Part shown: positions 63,800-64,000 of the stretch, piece after piece
Numbering within the stretch: the stretch's first letter is position 1
Layout: every line of letters begins with the position of its first letter
NCBI GenBank assembly: GCA_023453125.1
Contig: JAEXUB010000108.1
Span: 4,694-68,693, forward strand
Direction of reading: 5' to 3'
DNA from: Bacteroidota bacterium
GTDB lineage: Bacteria > Bacteroidota > Ignavibacteria > Ignavibacteriales > Melioribacteraceae
DNA: 64,000 nt
Notes under the pieces: generated by a model
Told to the model about the DNA's origin: nothing
The model's input: only the letters and a program-made list of their open reading frames with translations
The model's database searches: none
Position numbers and translations under genes: made by a program

Positions 63800-64000
63800 T
63801 TAGGCCTGAGGAGGCATTGGCATTCCGGCGGCTTTGCTTCTTTCCATTGACTGGAGAGCCAGATACTGATCGCCGTAATTCTGAAGGTTTTCCATTTCTT
63901 TATCAAATTGGTCAAAATGTCTTTCTTCATCTTCAACCAAAAGCTCAAACAGTTTTTTTGTAGCAGAATCTGCATTCTGTGCGCATTCGTTAGCCCACAT
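63800..64000 (-). CDS. Bacterioferritin/ferritin-like protein, C-terminal fragment (5' end outside the window)
   Basis: ELLVEDEERHFDQFDKEMENLQNYGDQYL resembles the last helix pair of bacterioferritin (ExxH iron ligand block). The reading frame is open to the window edge. Confidence 0.5.
   Translation of the reverse strand: MWANECAQNADSATKKLFELLVEDEERHFDQFDKEMENLQNYGDQYLALQSMERSKAAGMPMPPQA

Noticed and set aside
63998-64000. ATG at the very last codon of the window as the true start of the bacterioferritin-like gene
   Set aside because: A 66-aa product would lack the first helices and iron ligands of a ferritin fold. The frame is simply open at the window edge, so the gene is treated as truncated.
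1-64000. Search by eye for CRISPR arrays, tRNA/rRNA genes, IS elements, integrases, phage or defence-system genes, and toxin-antitoxin pairs
   Set aside because: I found no spaced direct-repeat arrays, no transposase, integrase or reverse-transcriptase-like ORFs, and no intergenic region with tRNA-like structure. The longest intergenic regions are 278, 240, 230, 200 and 196 nt. This is a visual judgement only. tRNAscan-SE, Infernal/Rfam and a defence-system finder would be needed to be certain.

Overview
Gene-dense 64-kb chromosomal window with about 45 CDS and no rRNA, tRNA, CRISPR array, transposase or integrase that I could see by eye. It is moderately AT-rich. One enzyme carries a T9SS-type C-terminal sorting domain and several genes have clear GGAGG-type ribosome-binding sites. 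This suggests an FCB-group, Ignavibacteria-like organism, but that is inference only. Layout: (1) 1-8.4 kb, minus strand: tightly packed pectin/rhamnogalacturonan operon (CE8-like, GH28, CE12 fusion, GH105, PL1 with T9SS tail, esterase). (2) 8.5-13.3 kb: exported three-gene unit of octaheme cytochrome c, HEXXH metallopeptidase and a CBM9/DOMON-like outer-membrane protein. (3) 13.5-15.7 kb: small membrane protein plus a LytS/LytTR two-component pair. (4) 15.9-25.6 kb: L-arabinose/arabinan operon (galM, SSS symporter, araB, araD, a FucI-like isomerase in place of canonical araA, GH51) with an XylR-type regulator. (5) 25.7-28.1 kb: beta-propeller-GH105 fusion enzyme. (6) 28.1-32.3 kb: MFS transporter, hotdog thioesterase, DPP-IV. 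(7) 32.5-47.2 kb: large signalling island. It has a TonB-dependent receptor, a YfiR-like DUF4154 protein, a 1533-aa hybrid kinase and REC-PAS, converging on REC-kinase, a 617-aa PAS kinase and a 1140-aa PAS kinase. There are about 16 PAS modules and no DNA-binding output. (8) 48.1-56.2 kb: rex-hydC-hydB-hydA operon (trimeric NADH-linked [FeFe] hydrogenase) that continues into a sensory HydS-type hydrogenase-PAS protein and a PP2C phosphatase. (9) 56.2-58.2 kb: unusual REC / NrtA-NasS-like binding domain / CheW fusion. (10) 58.4-64 kb: peptidases (M24B, M1), a secreted unknown, a Tat-signal aldo/keto reductase with Fe-S motifs, and a bacterioferritin-like fragment. The best candidates for undescribed biology are the REC-SBP-CheW protein, the Rex/HydS/PP2C hydrogen-sensing module, the TBDR-YfiR-kinase module with its kinase island, the beta-propeller-GH105 fusion, and the cytochrome-peptidase-DUF5916 unit. 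All family assignments come from motif recognition by eye. No HMM or BLAST search was run.
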